Shown one piece after another: positions 36,074-38,319 of a stretch of 38,319 nucleotides of DNA. Every line of letters starts with the position of its first letter. The first letter of the stretch is position 1. The translations under genes and the position numbers were made by a program. Below the pieces are notes generated by a model. That model made no database searches. It was not told the origin of the DNA and was given only the letters and a program-made list of their open reading frames with translations. Location: assembly GCA_035545455.1 (NCBI GenBank), contig DASZYK010000361.1:1-38319 (forward strand), given 5' to 3'. Source of the DNA: Steroidobacteraceae bacterium. GTDB taxonomy: Bacteria; Pseudomonadota; Gammaproteobacteria; Steroidobacterales; Steroidobacteraceae.

Positions 36074-36139
36074 GATGCCTCCTTTGCGGTGACTGAACTC
36101 CGCCCAACAGCCGAGCAAGAAAGACTCCCGCCGAAAGCG

Positions 36140-37204
36140 TCAGCCGACCCGGCGCAGCCGCTCGCGGCGCCCGTAGCGCTCCGCCATCTTCTCGAGCGGC
36201 AGCGGCTGGATTCGCGACGCCTTGCCGGCACAGCCGAACGCCTCGAAGCGCGCCTTGCAGATCTCGCGCGCCGCGGCGGTCGCGGCCTTGAGGAACTTGC
36301 GCGGATCGAAGTCGGAAGGGTTGGCAGCCAGCGAGCGGCGCGCCGCGGCCGTCATGGCGATGCGGATGTCGGTGTCGATGTTCACCTTGCGGACGCCGTG
36401 GCGAATGCCCTCCTGGATCTCCTCGACCGGAACACCGTAGGTCTCGGGGATCTCGCCGCCGTATTGGCGCAGGAGCGCCAGCCATTCCTGGGGCACGGAC
36501 GAGGAGCCGTGCATGACCAGATGCGTGTCGGGAATCGCGCGGTGGATCTCCTCGATCCGGGCGATCGCGAGCACTTCGCGCGTCGGCTTGCGGGAGAACT
36601 TGTAGGCACCGTGGGACGTGCCGATCGCGATGGCGAGCGCATCGACTCCGGTGCGCTCGACGAAATCGACGCACTGGGCGGGATCCGTCAGCATCTGCTC
36701 CCGGGTGAGCGCTCCCTCCGCGCCGACGCCATCCTCCTCCCCCGCCTGTCCCGACTCCAGCGACCCCAGGCAGCCGAGCTCACCCTCGACCGAGACGCCG
36801 ACCGCGTGCGCCATCTCGGCGACGCGCGCCGTGACCTCCACGTTGTACTCATACGATGCCGGCGTCTTCATATCCTCCCGCAGCGATCCGTCCATCATCA
36901 CGCTGGTGAAGCCCGAGCGAATCGATGCCTGGCACACCGCGGGGCTCGCGCCATGATCCTGGTGCATCACGAGGGGGATCTGGGGCCAGGTCTCGACCGC
37001 GGCCTGCGCGATGTGGCGCAGGAAAGCCTCGCCGGCATAACTGCGGGCTCCGGCCGAGGCCTGCAGTATCGCCGGGCTGTCGGTCTCGGCGGCCGCCTGC
37101 ATGATCGCCTGGACCTGCTCCATGTTGTTGATGTTGAACGCCGGAACGCCGTAGCCGAATTCGGCCGCGTGATCGAGAAGCTGCCGGAGCGAGATGAGTG
37201 CCAT
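36140..37204 (-). CDS. fba: Class II fructose-1,6-bisphosphate aldolase (Calvin-cycle/CbbA subtype)
   Basis: [30 protein letters not shown]...PLVMHQDHG...[12 protein letters not shown]...[11 protein letters not shown]. Confidence 0.93.
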   Translation of the reverse strand: MALISLRQLLDHAAEFGYGVPAFNINNMEQVQAIMQAAAETDSPAILQASAGARSYAGEAFLRHIAQAAVETWPQIPLVMHQDHGASPAVCQASIRSGFTSVMMDGSLREDMKTPASYEYNVEVTARVAEMAHAVGVSVEGELGCLGSLESGQAGEEDGVGAEGALTREQMLTDPAQCVDFVERTGVDALAIAIGTSHGAYKFSRKPTREVLAIARIEEIHRAIPDTHLVMHGSSSVPQEWLALLRQYGGEIPETYGVPVEEIQEGIRHGVRKVNIDTDIRIAMTAAARRSLAANPSDFDPRKFLKAATAAAREICKARFEAFGCAGKASRIQPLPLEKMAERYGRRERLRRVG

Positions 37205-37226
37205 GCCGTTCTCCCGAAGTGAGTGG

Positions 37227-38018
37227 TCAACCGGAAAGCGCGACCCGCGGCAGAGTCGCCCTGTGAAAGTTCGCAAGCTGCTCGAGCCCCAGATAGGGCG
37301 CGCCGAGGCTCCGCGCCTGGAGCGCGCCGAGCGGCGAGCCCGGATCGCCCAGGGAAGGCAGCACGAGGTCCGCCGCGGCGAGATCCTCATCGCGGGTCCA
37401 GTCGCTCGGCGTCGCCACCGTGAAGAGTCCGGCCGCCTTCGCCGCCGCGATGCCGATCGCGGAGTCCTCGAACGCCACCGCGCGCCGGGCGGTGACCCCG
37501 AGCCGCTCGAGCGCGAGCAGGTAGATGTCGGGAGCCGGCTTCTTGCGCGGCACCACATCGCCGGTGGCGATCACGCTGAACTCGTCGAGCGCGTCCCCGC
37601 CGAGCGCCCCCTCGAGAAGCGCCGATACGTTGTCGGGAGATGTCGTCGAGGCAATGGCCAGCCTCACGCCGGCGGCGCGCGCCTCGGTCATGAGCCGGCG
37701 CACTCCGGCACGCAGCGGCACTCTGCCGCGCTCGATGCCTTCCCGGTAAAACGCCGTCTTGGACGCGTGCAGGGAGGGAATCATTGCGGACAGCCTCGCG
37801 CGATCGTCAGCCGTGAGAGGCGTGCGGCCGAAAAACGCCGCCAGACGCTCCTTGCCGCCGGGCACCCGCAGGAGCTCGCGATAGAGCGCCGGGCTCCAGT
37901 GGAACTCGAGACCGTGGGCGCGGAACGCGTCGTTGAACGCCTGGCGATGAGCCTCCTCCGTATCGGCAAGCGTGCCGTCGACGTCGAAAATCAAAGCCTC
38001 GATGCTCGGACTTCTCAC
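37227..38018 (-). CDS. cbbY: HAD-superfamily phosphatase, CbbY-like
   Basis: [25 protein letters not shown] with HAD motifs. Start placed at GTG 38018 with GAGAGGAGA 5 nt upstream. The track start at 38165 adds 49 non-homologous residues. Confidence 0.8.
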   Translation of the reverse strand: MRSPSIEALIFDVDGTLADTEEAHRQAFNDAFRAHGLEFHWSPALYRELLRVPGGKERLAAFFGRTPLTADDRARLSAMIPSLHASKTAFYREGIERGRVPLRAGVRRLMTEARAAGVRLAIASTTSPDNVSALLEGALGGDALDEFSVIATGDVVPRKKPAPDIYLLALERLGVTARRAVAFEDSAIGIAAAKAAGLFTVATPSDWTRDEDLAAADLVLPSLGDPGSPLGALQARSLGAPYLGLEQLANFHRATLPRVALSG

Positions 38019-38140
38019 TCGATCTCCTCTCGATCTGCGCGGTCGCTCGCCGCTTCGCGGGAGGCGCCGTGCCACTGGCCATCCATGGCGGCCGGGCCCC
38101 CAGCCCGCGCATCCTGCGCGGTCGTTCGCCGCTTCGCGGC

Positions 38141-38319
38141 TCACCCACGCTCGCGGGCAATGCAATCCTTGCGCCGCTCCATCAGCCTCCAGATCATCGG
38201 CGTGAAGATGAGTTGCATGGCGAGGTCCATCTTGCCGCCCGGGCAGACGATCGTGTTGGGCCGAGACATGAAGGAGTCGTGCAGCATCGAGAGCAGATAG
38301 GGAAAGTCGATCCCGCGCG
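38141..38319 (-). CDS. prk: Phosphoribulokinase, C-terminal 59 codons (gene runs off the right edge)
   Basis: Hand translation gives ...DFPYLLSMLHDSFMSRPNTIVCPGGKMDLAMQLIFTPMIWRLMERRKDCIARERG*, which matches the conserved Prk C-terminus. Confidence 0.8.
   Translation of the reverse strand, partial: RGIDFPYLLSMLHDSFMSRPNTIVCPGGKMDLAMQLIFTPMIWRLMERRKDCIARERG

Noticed and set aside
35823-37222. 283-aa minus-strand ORF (35823..36674) and 459-aa plus-strand ORF (35843..37222) across the DUF6496/fba region
   Set aside because: They are alternative-frame or antisense ORFs overlapping fba and the DUF6496-like gene. Their composition is low-complexity.
37194-38300. 368-aa + ORF opposite cbbY and prk
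   Set aside because: It is antisense to two genes with clear homology.
1-38319. Search for tRNA/rRNA genes, CRISPR repeats, IS ends, integrases, toxin-antitoxin pairs and defence genes
   Set aside because: Reading both strands found nothing with these signatures. The only TA-like trace is the weak HicA-like fragment at 18583..18672.

Overview
High-GC, densely coding chromosomal segment from a Gram-negative, proteobacterium-like organism. The finer taxon cannot be resolved by eye. I found no rRNA, tRNA, CRISPR array, transposase, integrase or recognisable phage or defence gene. About 33 CDS are supported, and many long ORFs in the track are antisense or read-through artefacts typical of high-GC DNA. 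Left to right: (1) a secreted GH31 glycosidase, tex, and a few small stress or membrane proteins. (2) A seven-gene co-directional minus-strand block: TetR, TonB-dependent receptor, 1084-aa secreted Asp-box (BNR/sortilin-like) propeller protein, 2xCDGSH+bicupin fusion, then amino-acid permease, class V aminotransferase and a PanE-like reductase. (3) gcdH. (4) A PrnB/DUF1864-like putative heme enzyme translationally coupled to a PNPOx-like split-barrel protein, next to a 49-aa membrane peptide. (5) dps and a truncated osmC remnant. (6) A complete chitin/N-acetylglucosamine island: nagE, EIIA-HPr-EI fusion, GH18, TonB-dependent receptor, and divergent nagQ, nagB-II and nagA, with an AT-rich control region carrying TGGT-type direct-repeat operators. 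(7) A ferritin-like protein, a DUF6496-like basic protein, and a Calvin-type fba-cbbY-prk cluster that runs off the right edge. I see no clear-cut novel system such as a defence or mobile module. The two most unusual items are the TonB-receptor/Asp-box-propeller/CDGSH-bicupin operon and the orphan PrnB-like/PNPOx pair. All family assignments come from reading the translations and from memory of family signatures. No searches were run.
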